Part shown: positions 22,615-32,664 of the stretch, piece after piece
How positions within the stretch are numbered: position 1 is the stretch's first letter
Layout of the letters: each line of letters opens with the position of its first letter
Source of the DNA: an uncultured delta proteobacterium
GTDB lineage: Bacteria; Desulfobacterota; Desulfuromonadia; Geobacterales; DSM-12255
Length of the DNA: 64,000 bases
Direction: 5' to 3'
Assembly (NCBI GenBank): GCA_963787125.1
Contig: CAWBBV010000006.1
Span: 128,001 to 192,000, forward strand
The notes under the pieces: generated by a model
Databases searched by the model: none
Seen by the model: the letters and a program-made list of their open reading frames with translations, nothing else
What the model was told of the DNA's origin: nothing
Program-made: the position numbers and the translations under genes

Positions 22615-22640
22615 GCCCCGGAAGCGATTCCGGGGTTTTT
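22615..22640 (+). terminator. Intrinsic terminator after purC
   Basis: CCCCGGAA-GCGA-TTCCGGGG followed by T5. Confidence 0.8.
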
Positions 22641-22732
22641 ACTTTTAGTAGGTTAGAAGTATTTTTTTGCGCATTACCAGCAGATAATTACTTCATTAGC
22701 GCACTTACCCTGTTTAACGGGTTCAGGAGTCA

Positions 22733-24124
22733 TTGATGCAAGATAAAATAAGACTGATCGATTCCCATGCTCACATTTACGGCAAAGAGTTCGCTGCTGA
22801 TTTCGACCTAATGATGCAACGGGCAGTTGATGCGGGGATAGAGACAATAATAGTCGTCGGGGCAGATCTTGAGTCAAGTATTCAGGCAGTGACGTTGGCG
22901 CAGAAATTTACGAATCTTTATGCTGCAGTAGGTATTCACCCTCATGACGCCAATCGTGTTACCGAAGAGTGTTACAAAAAGATTATAGCTCTTGCCGAAA
23001 ACAACGATAAAGTTGTGGCCATCGGTGAGATCGGCCTTGATTTTTATCGTGACCGTTCACCACGGCCCGATCAAGAGCAGGTTTTCCGCAGGTTCATTCA
23101 GATTGCCAGAAAGCTTTCCCTGCCGGTCATCATCCATGATCGTGATGCTCACGAACGAGTCATGAGCATCCTTCGCGAAGAGTGTGCCGCTGAAGTTGGC
23201 GGGGTACTGCACTGCTTCTCCGGTGATCTGCAGATGGCACAGGAGTGCATTGATCTTGGCTTTTACATTTCCATTCCAGGGACCGTTACTTACCCCGGCA
23301 ACCTCGCCCTCCACGAGATAGTCAGAAGTATCAAGACTGAGCATCTCCTGGTAGAAACCGACTGTCCCTATCTCTCGCCGGTCCCTTATCGCGGCAAACG
23401 GAATGAACCTGCCTATGTGAGACTTGCCGCTGAAAAAGTTGCCGAGCTGAAGGGGCTCACCCTTGCTGATGTTGCGAGGATCACAAAACTCAACAGTGAA
23501 AGGCTTTTCCGGCTGGGAAATATATCAGGCAACGAAACTATCGCCTATAAAATACGCAACTCTCTTTATCTGAACATCACCAATCGCTGCTCCAACAGCT
23601 GCACTTTCTGTGCAAAGTTCGAGGATTTTACTGTTAAAGGTCATCATCTTCAGCTGCAGCACGAACCCTCGGCACAAGAAGTACTTGAGGCTATCGGGGC
23701 GAGAGTCGATTTTGACGAAGTAGTTTTCTGCGGTTATGGTGAGCCGCTTATCAGGCTGGATGTTGTCAAAGAGGTGGCAGCAGAACTCAAGCGAAGGGGA
23801 AGCAGGGTCAGGATCAACACTGACGGCCAGGCAAATCTCGTTCACGGTAGAGACATTCTCCCTGAACTTGCAGGAATAGTTGACACCATCTCGGTCAGCC
23901 TGAATACAGCTGACCCGGCACAATATCAAAAACTCTGCCGGACACCGTTCAAGGATGCCGGATTCAGGGGGGTCTGCGATTTCCTTAAAGGCGCCACCCA
24001 GTATATTCCGGAAGTTGTCGCAACGGCGGTGACAGTCCCCGGGGTAGATATCAGCGCAGTTAAAAAGCTGGCGGAAGCACTCGGGGTAAGTTTCCGCGAG
24101 CGGGAGTATGCTGAGGTAGGCTAG
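22733..24124 (+). CDS. TatD DNase fused to a TatD-associated radical SAM domain
   Basis: DSHAH, GEIGLD, HCFSG, ETDCPY, then YLNITNRCSNSCTFC and FCGYGEP. Confidence 0.92.
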   Translation: MMQDKIRLIDSHAHIYGKEFAADFDLMMQRAVDAGIETIIVVGADLESSIQAVTLAQKFTNLYAAVGIHPHDANRVTEECYKKIIALAENNDKVVAIGEIGLDFYRDRSPRPDQEQVFRRFIQIARKLSLPVIIHDRDAHERVMSILREECAAEVGGVLHCFSGDLQMAQECIDLGFYISIPGTVTYPGNLALHEIVRSIKTEHLLVETDCPYLSPVPYRGKRNEPAYVRLAAEKVAELKGLTLADVARITKLNSERLFRLGNISGNETIAYKIRNSLYLNITNRCSNSCTFCAKFEDFTVKGHHLQLQHEPSAQEVLEAIGARVDFDEVVFCGYGEPLIRLDVVKEVAAELKRRGSRVRINTDGQANLVHGRDILPELAGIVDTISVSLNTADPAQYQKLCRTPFKDAGFRGVCDFLKGATQYIPEVVATAVTVPGVDISAVKKLAEALGVSFREREYAEVG

Positions 24125-25428
24125 GAAGACACGGAGAGTTCCAGAAGCTTCTGGTAAAACCCTTCTGGTGAAGCATTAAAAACATTCGGTTCACACTGAA
24201 GTTCTTTTGCAATATCATCAAGGGTCACTTCATCCAGAAACAACCCTTCACCCTCCTTGAGCATCACATCAGGGATGAGCAGTAAAGAACCCGTTTCCAG
24301 CCCTTGCAACTCTTTGAGAATATCTGCACCTGTGACAAGTCCGGAAACGGTAACCTCTTCACCGAAAAAACGGTTCCTTATCGGAATAAGATTGATACTT
24401 ATGCCGGTCACAACAGCCAGTTTCCCTATGAACTCGGCAATGAAACGATAGGGAGAAAGCCCGGTGACAACCGTTACCGGCGGCAGTGATATTGCCATTG
24501 CAGATTCCAGAACGTCGCCACTCTCTACAATAAAAAGCGGAATCATCCCCACACCATTCTCAAACTGGGGCAGCTCCCCGTAACTTGCAAGGTGCGGGAA
24601 GCTGCGTCCACCCTTTATAAAAAATTCGTCGGCGAGATAGAGAAAACCCCTTCCAAGCCTCTCTTCAAGCTGATACTGCTTAGGTAGCCACTCATCGACG
24701 AAAGCAGCAGCATACACCTCGCTAACGGGCAGAAGAATCTCAAGTCCACTTCTATGCTGAGTCAGACCAAGCGGCACAATTGCCACAGACTCAACCATTG
24801 GATAAAATGCAGCAAGATCTTCCACCGTATTTGCCAGAATTTCGCCATCATTTATACCAGGGCAGAGAACTATTTGCGTATGCATGACAATACCTGCATC
24901 TGCCAGGGTTTTTATTGTTGCCAGAATCGGGACAAGGTTATTGCGACCGAGCAGCCGCTCCCTTAAAGCATTATCAGTGGCATGTACCGAAACGTACAGG
25001 GGAGAGAGGCGCTGCTCTTTGATTCTTTCGATCTCTTCAGGAAGGATATTGGAAAGAGTTACATAATTGCCATAAAGAAACGACAGTCGATAATCTTCAT
25101 CTTTGACGTAAAGAGGGCTCCTGAGACCTCTCGGGAGTTGATGAACAAAGCAGAAAATACAGTTATTGCCACATGAAGCCGGCAAAGGCGGCGGAAACGA
25201 TATCCCCAGACCTGAATCAGGTCGGTCGAACTCGATCTCCCAAAGCTCATCATCAGGTTTTTTTATGAGAAAAACCAGTTCATCATCACCAGCGTAGAAA
25301 TTATAATCGATGATATCTCTGACAATGGCACCATTAATCATCAGCAGCCGGTCACCCGCCTCAATTTCCAACTCTTCAGCGATACTGCCTTTTACAACTT
25401 CTTCAATAAGCAGACCATCGGCAAGCAT
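24121..25428 (-). CDS. PDZ + DUF512 radical-SAM-like protein
   Basis: N-terminal PDZ (SIAEELEIEAGD), CGNNCIFCFVHQLP, KDEDYRLSFLYGNY, QFENGVG. Confidence 0.9.
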   Translation of the reverse strand: MLADGLLIEEVVKGSIAEELEIEAGDRLLMINGAIVRDIIDYNFYAGDDELVFLIKKPDDELWEIEFDRPDSGLGISFPPPLPASCGNNCIFCFVHQLPRGLRSPLYVKDEDYRLSFLYGNYVTLSNILPEEIERIKEQRLSPLYVSVHATDNALRERLLGRNNLVPILATIKTLADAGIVMHTQIVLCPGINDGEILANTVEDLAAFYPMVESVAIVPLGLTQHRSGLEILLPVSEVYAAAFVDEWLPKQYQLEERLGRGFLYLADEFFIKGGRSFPHLASYGELPQFENGVGMIPLFIVESGDVLESAMAISLPPVTVVTGLSPYRFIAEFIGKLAVVTGISINLIPIRNRFFGEEVTVSGLVTGADILKELQGLETGSLLLIPDVMLKEGEGLFLDEVTLDDIAKELQCEPNVFNASPEGFYQKLLELSVSS

Positions 25429-25455
25429 TAACTCTCCTGACTCCGGAACAGAGTA

Positions 25456-25579
25456 ATTCCATTTCTAAATCAAAGCGCCATCTTCGTTGGCTCGTCTTCA
25501 GCTCCTCAGCGTACTGATGTACTGCTCCGTCGCTTCAATCCTCGCCGCCTTGATTTCAGCTTCGATTTAGAATTGGAAT
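25456..25579. repeat. 124-bp intergenic element bounded by 21-bp imperfect inverted repeats (MITE/REP-like)
   Basis: ATTCCATTTCTAAATCAAAGC (25456-25476) matches the reverse complement of 25559-25579 at 19/21 positions. Confidence 0.65.
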
Positions 25580-25593
25580 AAGTTTTACCTTAA

Positions 25594-25626
25594 TAAACAG
25601 AAAAGGGCTCCCGAGGAAGCCCTTTC
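25594..25626 (-). terminator. Intrinsic terminator of hfq
   Basis: Minus strand AAAGGGCTTCC-loop-GGGAGCCCTTTTCTGTTT. Confidence 0.75.
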
Positions 25627-25649
25627 AATCGAATTATCAAGTACAAAGA

Positions 25650-25874
25650 TTACTGATGCAGTCTGAACTGGCCGTCAGTCGAGGTCAATGAGGCCACCGA
25701 ATGTTTATATATGAGGATATCGCCTTGAACTTCAAGTAGAATTGAGAAATTATCAAAAGACTTAATATAACCCTCTATAACATCACCTGACATCAGTTTA
25801 ATGGAGATCTTTACGCGCTCCTTACGGGATTGGTTCAGAAATTGATCCTGAATATTGAACGGCGCCTTTGTCAT
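25650..25874 (-). CDS. hfq: RNA chaperone Hfq
   Basis: NIQDQFLN..RKE, G.IKSFDNF, IYKHSV. Confidence 0.95.
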   Translation of the reverse strand: MTKAPFNIQDQFLNQSRKERVKISIKLMSGDVIEGYIKSFDNFSILLEVQGDILIYKHSVASLTSTDGQFRLHQ

Positions 25875-25954
25875 AACATCTCCTCTAAGATAATAACGTT
25901 CTCAAGCTTCGTAATAATAGCAGAAGTTTTGAGATAATCAAGAACATTGAAGCG

Positions 25955-27169
25955 TCAGGCAGCAGGTCCGTAGCCACCCATCTTGAAACTGAATACCCCT
26001 TTAACCAGGTATTTAGGCGCTGGAGACACCGAAGAGTCGTAATCAGTCAGAACTACATCGAAAGTTCCGCTGACACTATCAGACATAACGGAATCCTGAG
26101 TAAAGATAATTGTCCCTTTTTCAACCTTTTTGGCAGTAGATTGGAGGCCATCAAGGACAGAGAAGGTGCCTGGAAACTGTTCATGGAGGCCGCCCGCTTC
26201 AATGGAAAAAGGCTTGTTCAGGTCTGGTAAATGAACAGAATCTGTTTTAGGGATATCTATTCGAAGGACAGTCCGGGAATTAATGTCTGTCAGGGAGGTA
26301 GCTACATTGGCCTGAATCGACCAGAAACTCTGATTGTCCGTTGAGTAGTAGAAGTTCGGGGCAACCGAAAATTTATAGTCGCTCTCCGAAATCTGCAGAT
26401 AATTTGTTTTGATGAGATTGGAAACAGCTTGATGAACCGGAGTGGAAGTTGACACTGCCACTGAAATGGAAGGAGCAGCAATCTGTGGGCTACCACCACC
26501 GCCGCCACAACCCTCAAAAGAGAGCGCTGAAAGTGATACAACCGTCACAAGAACAGCTCTTAAAAGTTTTCGCTGAAGATTGATCCCGCGGTTTACCTGA
26601 TGAGGATGCGCATACCCCTCCTCAACCAGCACTTCGCCAAGTTTCTTACGTGATTGTTGTTGTTTCTGCAGAGCGTCTGATAATTGTACCCGGGTGATAT
26701 ACCCTGAAGATATAAGAATTTCGCCAAGCCTCAGAGGTGATGGCTGAGTCTGACCAAGCTCCTGATTCTGCTGAAATCTTAAAACCGAATCAACCTGAGG
26801 CTCAGACAACAGCCCCATTTTTACAAGAATGTCCCCCAGCCTTTCTCCGGTAATTTTCTGTTCTTCAAGAGCGAAATCAAGCTGCTCAGGCGTCACCTTA
26901 CCAGTCATAAGGAGAAGAGAACCCAGCATCTTTCTGATACCGGCTGCCGACCTGACCGCATCTTCCAGACTCGAGAGATGATCCTGAATCGACAGGGCTG
27001 CATCAAGATCAGTCTTGTCAAGAACACCCATATTGACAAGCACCTGGCCGAGTAGCTCATTAGAGTGCTTCTGCACTTCAAGTGCAAGCTCAAGATGATC
27101 GCTTTCTATAAAGCCGCCATCTATGAGTATCTGGCCTAGCGGTCGCCTTGATTTAGCTGTATTTAACAT
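25955..27169 (-). CDS. Protein with six MshEN-like (c-di-GMP-binding) motifs, an internal lipoprotein-like signal and a C-terminal beta-rich domain
   Basis: Six (R/K)LGxxLxxxGxxxxxxLxxxLxxQ-like motifs, then RKLLRAVLVTVVSLSALSFEG-CGGGGGS. Confidence 0.75.
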   Translation of the reverse strand: MLNTAKSRRPLGQILIDGGFIESDHLELALEVQKHSNELLGQVLVNMGVLDKTDLDAALSIQDHLSSLEDAVRSAAGIRKMLGSLLLMTGKVTPEQLDFALEEQKITGERLGDILVKMGLLSEPQVDSVLRFQQNQELGQTQPSPLRLGEILISSGYITRVQLSDALQKQQQSRKKLGEVLVEEGYAHPHQVNRGINLQRKLLRAVLVTVVSLSALSFEGCGGGGGSPQIAAPSISVAVSTSTPVHQAVSNLIKTNYLQISESDYKFSVAPNFYYSTDNQSFWSIQANVATSLTDINSRTVLRIDIPKTDSVHLPDLNKPFSIEAGGLHEQFPGTFSVLDGLQSTAKKVEKGTIIFTQDSVMSDSVSGTFDVVLTDYDSSVSPAPKYLVKGVFSFKMGGYGPAA

Positions 27170-27242
27170 GGCCGTTTCCTTATGAAAGGTGGAGCATTAT
27201 GGATATCATAACGCTTCTGTTCAAAAAAAGTACACTAAAAAA

Positions 27243-28202
27243 TTACCAATCAATTCCGCTGCTCAAAAACTTGGTCACACAAGCTGAGACGTCTTCACGA
27301 ATTAATGGAAATTTAAACCACTTCACTTCTTGATCGCTATTAAACCAGGTAAGTTGCCTTTTGGCATAATGCCTGCTCTTCTGCTTTATAAGCTCTATTG
27401 CGGCAGAAAGACTGTATTTGCCGGCAAGATATTCGCAAATCTCCCTGTAGCCAATGGACGCCAGTGACTTGGTTTCAGGAGAATACCCCTTTGCAAGGAG
27501 CAACTCGACTTCTGCAACAAGACCGGCGGCGATCATCAGGTCAACCCTGGCATTAATCCGCCGATAAAGTTCTGCCCTTTCAACATTTATTCCAATTTTC
27601 AATGAGTTATACCATTCTAACGTGAATCGGTGCTCACTCTGGAGCGCAGAGATTGGCTGTCCGGTCTGCCTGAACACCTCCAGTGCCCTGATAACCCTCA
27701 CCCGGTTGTTAGGGTGGATCTTTGCTGCGGAAGCCGGATCAACCGCCCGGAGAGATTCAAGCAGTTGCTCATTACCGAGCTGATCCGCAAGATTATTGTA
27801 CTCGGCTCTGGCGGCATCATCCGCACCTGGAACCTCTGCAAGCCCGTGCAGAAGTGCTTTTATATAGAGACCGGTGCCACCAACAATTATCGCAGTTCTA
27901 TCTCTGGCGCAGATCTCATTAACTACGTTTCTGCCAAGTTCGCAATAATCAGCAGCAGTAAACTCCTCGTCTGGATCAACAATGTCGAAGAGGTGATGGG
28001 GAATATGCTGCATAATCTCAGATGAGGACTTTGCCGTTCCGATATCCATCCCCCGGTAAACCTGCATGGAATCGGCGTTGACAATTTCACCGGCAAACTT
28101 TTCAGCCAGATTTACAGCCAGATCACTTTTACCGGAAGCGGTCGGGCCGACAATTATAATAATTTTCTGTTTTTTGGTTTTGGGAAATTCGCTAACGGTC
28201 AC
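27243..28202 (-). CDS. miaA: tRNA dimethylallyltransferase
   Basis: GPTASGKS, DSMQVYRGMDIGTAK, VGGTGLY, YAKRQLTWF. Confidence 0.97.
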   Translation of the reverse strand: MTVSEFPKTKKQKIIIIVGPTASGKSDLAVNLAEKFAGEIVNADSMQVYRGMDIGTAKSSSEIMQHIPHHLFDIVDPDEEFTAADYCELGRNVVNEICARDRTAIIVGGTGLYIKALLHGLAEVPGADDAARAEYNNLADQLGNEQLLESLRAVDPASAAKIHPNNRVRVIRALEVFRQTGQPISALQSEHRFTLEWYNSLKIGINVERAELYRRINARVDLMIAAGLVAEVELLLAKGYSPETKSLASIGYREICEYLAGKYSLSAAIELIKQKSRHYAKRQLTWFNSDQEVKWFKFPLIREDVSACVTKFLSSGIDW

Positions 28203-28331
28203 AAAGTCTCTCCGTCTGAGCCTGATAACAGGATAAATGCTATAAAAAAGTAATTTTCTAAAACTGAGTAGAATAAATCGAACTTACTAAAAAATTACTA
28301 CAGATTCATTCTTGTCGCAATTTCTTAAAAA

Positions 28332-30572
28332 ATGAATATCATACAAAATATGTATTTTAACTTAACCCCCTACATAATTTTGCCACTCCTCTCAGCCTTG
28401 ATAAATGCCATACTGGCAGGGATTGCACTTCGTGAGAGGAAAGTTGCCGCTGCTACCCCAATCTTCTGGATGACACTCAGCCTTTGTATCTGGTCTTTGG
28501 CATTTTCCATCGAAACCGCATCCAACGTTTTAGAACTTAAAATTATCTGCCGTAAAATCGTGGCAACATCCAACTGCCTCATTGCCCCTGCCCTGATCGC
28601 ACTTGCCCTGGAAGTAACCAGCCTCAAAAATTTACTAACCAGACGTCTTATTCTACTCCTCAGCGTAATCCCGCTACTGTCAACACTGCTTTTGTGGACG
28701 AGTGACCTGCACAACCTGCAACTCTACAGCTTCCATACTCACCGTAGCGGGGCACTACAACTGCTTGACTATGCCCAGGGAAATTTTTTCACCCTGGGGC
28801 ACTATTATTACATTCTGGCCCTCTATTTCATAGCCATCGCCATCTTCTTTTCCGGCTACTGGCGCTCGCCCCGCAGTGAATGGATTCGCTTTACCTACCT
28901 TATCAGCGCAGCACTTATTCCCCTTTTGATTGAAGTTTTCAAGATAACTCCGCTTGAGGGTTTTAACTTCACCTCCTCAACTTTTTTTATCTCGGGAGCT
29001 TTATACTTTACCGCAATATTCCGTTACCGATTGCTTGACCTCGTCCCGATTGCCCGCGAAACGCTCATTGAGCTAATGGCTGATCCGGTTATCGTTGTTG
29101 ATCGCTATGGCCAGGTTGCTCTGGCCAATCAGGCCGCGCGGACAATGTTCATGCTCCCCAAAGACCCGACCGGCGTTTCATTCGCGTTATTGGAAAATCA
29201 CTACCCGCTCATCGCGGAATTTATTTCTGATCTTGCTGATCATGGTGAAGAATGCATCTTAAAGGATGGGCCGGAGCAACGTTCCTGGCAATTCATCAAG
29301 AGCCCCATAGCGCCGCAGGGCGTTCATCAAGGCTGGATAATCACCCTGAAAGACATCACCACGCTCCGAAGCGCCAACGAAGCTCTCCAGAAAAGTAATG
29401 AGCTTCTCACCACACTGTCGCTGGCAGTGGAGCAGAGTCCAATTTCCATAGTCATCACCGACTTGAATGGCAATATTGAGTTTGTTAACCCGACATTTAC
29501 CCAGGTAACCGGCTATAGTCAGGAAGAAGCATTCGGACTTAATCCACGCATTCTCAAGACTGAGCTAACCTCGCCGGAACTGCACAAGAACCTCTGGGAA
29601 ACCATAATTGTCGGCAGGATTTGGGAAGGCGAACTCATTAACAAAAAGAAAAACGGAGAAGTTTTTACCGAGCAGGCAAAAATAGCACCTATTAAGGACA
29701 GAAAAGGAAACATCCGACATTATATCGCCTTCAAAGAAGATATAACGGCGCGAAAACTGGTTGAAAAAGAACTTAATCAACTCAACACATCCCTGTTGGG
29801 ACGGATAGACGAAGAGTCAAGGCGGCGGATGGAGCAGGAACGCTTACTGGCAAATCAGGCCCGGCTGGTAGCCATGGGCGAGATGATCGGTGCTATTGCC
29901 CATCAGTGGCGGCAACCTCTTGCCACCCTGGCGATGATTGTCCAGCGGATGCATGCTGTCGGTACCATGCAGAAGTTGACTGTTGAACAGCTCACTGAGT
30001 TCAAAGATAATGCCATGCGACAGATAAAATATATGTCTGACACAATTGAAGAATTTCGCAGCTTTTACAGTAAAGACAAACATACTGAAAAATTCTCTCC
30101 CTACACCTGCATAACTAATGCAGTGCGGCTCTTTGAGCCTCAGTTTTCCGGCAGCAACATCAAGGTAGAGATAAATGCGGCAAACACTTTCGATCTGCAA
30201 GTCATGGGCTTTCCCAACGAATTCAAACAGGTTGTTCTCAATCTGCTCGGCAACTCTCGTGATGCAATTGCCGAGTCCCGCACAACTGCGGGAAGGCCAC
30301 AGAATGGGCGCATCGTCATAGACATCTCCATACCGGCTGATAATCTGATGCAAATTGACGTTAGAGACAACGGCGGCGGCATTCCGGATACGATCGCCAA
30401 TCGAATATTCGACCCCTATTTTACCACCAAGGAAGACCGTGGCGGTACCGGCATCGGCCTCTACATGTCGCGCATGATCATGCAGGAAAGCCTTGGCGGT
30501 TCGCTCAGGCTCATTAAAACAAAAGAGGGCGCCGTCTTCAGGATAAAACTGCCGCTGGGAGAATTAACATGA
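28332..30572 (+). CDS. Sensor histidine kinase (7TM N-terminal domain, two PAS domains, HisKA, HATPase)
   Basis: About 7 TM segments, PAS motifs, H-box AIAHQWRQPL, N-box, DNGGGI, FDPYFTTK, GTGIGL. Confidence 0.93.
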   Translation: MNIIQNMYFNLTPYIILPLLSALINAILAGIALRERKVAAATPIFWMTLSLCIWSLAFSIETASNVLELKIICRKIVATSNCLIAPALIALALEVTSLKNLLTRRLILLLSVIPLLSTLLLWTSDLHNLQLYSFHTHRSGALQLLDYAQGNFFTLGHYYYILALYFIAIAIFFSGYWRSPRSEWIRFTYLISAALIPLLIEVFKITPLEGFNFTSSTFFISGALYFTAIFRYRLLDLVPIARETLIELMADPVIVVDRYGQVALANQAARTMFMLPKDPTGVSFALLENHYPLIAEFISDLADHGEECILKDGPEQRSWQFIKSPIAPQGVHQGWIITLKDITTLRSANEALQKSNELLTTLSLAVEQSPISIVITDLNGNIEFVNPTFTQVTGYSQEEAFGLNPRILKTELTSPELHKNLWETIIVGRIWEGELINKKKNGEVFTEQAKIAPIKDRKGNIRHYIAFKEDITARKLVEKELNQLNTSLLGRIDEESRRRMEQERLLANQARLVAMGEMIGAIAHQWRQPLATLAMIVQRMHAVGTMQKLTVEQLTEFKDNAMRQIKYMSDTIEEFRSFYSKDKHTEKFSPYTCITNAVRLFEPQFSGSNIKVEINAANTFDLQVMGFPNEFKQVVLNLLGNSRDAIAESRTTAGRPQNGRIVIDISIPADNLMQIDVRDNGGGIPDTIANRIFDPYFTTKEDRGGTGIGLYMSRMIMQESLGGSLRLIKTKEGAVFRIKLPLGELT

Positions 30573-31950
30573 ACGATCTGAAACAACTGAGCATACTGCT
30601 GGCTGAAGATGAGGACGAACTGCGTCGGGAGACCGCCGCCTTTTTAGAACTCTACTGCGGTAAAGTCTATCAGGCGGCAAATGGTCGTGAAGCGCTGCAA
30701 CTCTTTGAGCAGAACAGGCCGGATCTGGTTATCAGTGACATCAGAATGCCGGTCATGGATGGACTTGAACTTGCTACCAAACTGAAAAACCTTGCGCCGG
30801 AAACACCTTTCATCTTCTGTACCGCCTTCTCCGAAACTGTTTACCTGCTGAAAGCCATTGAGCTTGGTGTAGCGGCCTTTATCCGCAAGCCGGTAGATAC
30901 TGATCAGCTCCTGGACATAATCTCCAAAGCGGCGCTACCGACACTCCAACGCCGGGAAATCAGGGAGCTTTCCGAAGAATTGATAACGTCAATAGCCGCT
31001 CAGCTTGGCGGTGGTACCGCGCAGGAAGCTGTTGCCACACAGGCTGCCAGGGTAGCGCAAAGCCCGTTTTCCATTCTTCTCCAGGGTGAAACCGGCACCG
31101 GCAAATCCCGCCTGGCAGGTATCATTCACTCTCTTAGTCAAAGACGTAAGGGCCCGTTTGTCACGGTACAACTGGGCGCAACTCCTGAACAGCTGGTGGA
31201 AAGCGAGCTTTTCGGTCATATCAAAGGATCATTTACCGGCGCTGATCGCACCAGAACCGGCTTGATCGAAACAGCCGCCGGTGGCACCCTTTTTCTCGAC
31301 GACATCGAAACCACTCCAGCCGCAGTACAAGCTAAACTTCTCCGGTGCGTCGAGGAAAAACGCTTTACCCCGGTTGGCAGCAGTAGTGAAAAAATTGCTG
31401 ATGTCCGCATCATTGCCTCCAGCAATCGGAACCTCAAAGAGTTGGCCCTTAACAGGCTGTTTCGCGAAGACCTGTACTACCGCCTGGCAGACTTTACCCT
31501 CCGACTCCCGCCGTTACGGGAGATGCCCGAGAGTGTTCTGCCGATGGCTCTTACTTTTCTGCGTGATACCTGTGGCGAACTGGAAAGAGATGTCCCTCTC
31601 ATTGACGACGCCGCAGCCTTTCTCCTTACAACCATGCCGTGGCCCGGCAACATTCGCCAACTCAAAAGCGTCATCCGGCAAGCCGCCCTCTCAGCCGGAG
31701 ATATCCTGACTTCAGCTGATATTGCCGTTGATATTGATTTCCATGCCGCGCTCAATACTTCTCCCCCCCCTCCGACCTCGCCACCCCGCCACCCTTTCCC
31801 TGTGAAATGGACGTCCTTGAAAAATGGTCACTGGAGCAGGCGCTGCTTTTCTGTGGCGGCAAAAGAATGAAAACTGCCACCATGCTCGGGATGAATTACT
31901 ACACCTTCCGCAGACGCCTGGAAAAACATGGCATTGCTGAGAGTGAGTGA
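30569..31950 (+). CDS. Sigma54-dependent response regulator (REC-AAA+-Fis HTH), frameshifted near 31763-31770
   Basis: REC (SDIRMP), GETGTGKS, ESELFGH..GSFTGA, WPGNIRQL; the Fis-type HTH LEQALLFCGGKRMKTATMLGMNYYTFRRRL lies in the -1 frame and ends at the TGA at 31950. Confidence 0.88.
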
Positions 31951-31973
31951 AAAAACCTCACCAATCTGCTGAG

Positions 31974-32278
31974 TCAATGAAATGGGGACTTGAGACGAAC
32001 ACGCACCCAGGCAGGGCTTCTGCGACAATCAAGAATCGCATGAACAATTGCAACAGAGTTTCCACTGAGTAATAGATCGCAAAGGGGAATCTTTTGGAGA
32101 GCATACGATAAAAATCAGAATGAACGAGCTGGTGAATACCGGCAAATAAGCGCAGTGAATCGATATCAGAATAAAGCGTATCAAGGAAATAGTTGCCAAG
32201 ACCCGACTCCTGAGCTTCATAAAAACGATGCCCATTAATCAGGTCATGCTCAGCGGAAGAGAGTATCTTGATATTCAT
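31974..32278 (-). pseudogene. RelE/ParE-family toxin with an apparent 1-bp frameshift near 32060
   Basis: FYEAQESGLG.YF.D.L..DI..L and KRFPFAIYY; the typical tail VAIVHAILDCRRSPAW lies in the adjacent frame. Confidence 0.75.
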
Positions 32279-32493
32279 TTGACAAATGCTCTAATTCGCT
32301 CTTTTGACTCCTCCCAATCAGTTAAACTCTCTTCTCCTGCAAGAAGAGCATTCTTTCGCTCTGCAAGCAAATCAAGATGCCAGTCAGGAACTGCCACCTC
32401 CTCTACCCGATGACAAAAATCATCCCAAATACTCTCCATAACCTGGAATTTCTCAGAAACAGTCATCTTATCCAAATGAAGAGAAACCGGCAT
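32275..32493 (-). CDS. Addiction-module antitoxin
   Basis: MTVSEKF..ME.IWDD, PDWH..LL.ER, DWEESKERIR; ATGA overlap with the toxin gene. Confidence 0.85.
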   Translation of the reverse strand: MPVSLHLDKMTVSEKFQVMESIWDDFCHRVEEVAVPDWHLDLLAERKNALLAGEESLTDWEESKERIRAFVK

Positions 32494-32593
32494 ATACACC
32501 CCCACATAAACAGATTAATTCACATAATTCAGTACTTTATCATCCAATAGCAATACAAATCAATCGGCAATTCCACCCCCTCCCCCACTTTTA

Positions 32594-32622
32594 CTATCTA
32601 TTTCAGCTATCTGTTTTAGCTA
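32594..32622. repeat. 13-bp tandem repeat, candidate upstream activator site
   Basis: CTATCTATTTCAG / CTATCTGTTTTAG / CTA about 100 bp upstream of the sigma54 motif. Confidence 0.4.
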
Positions 32623-32664
32623 CCCACCAACAACAAAATCCGCCACACCTCACACTGCCACAGG

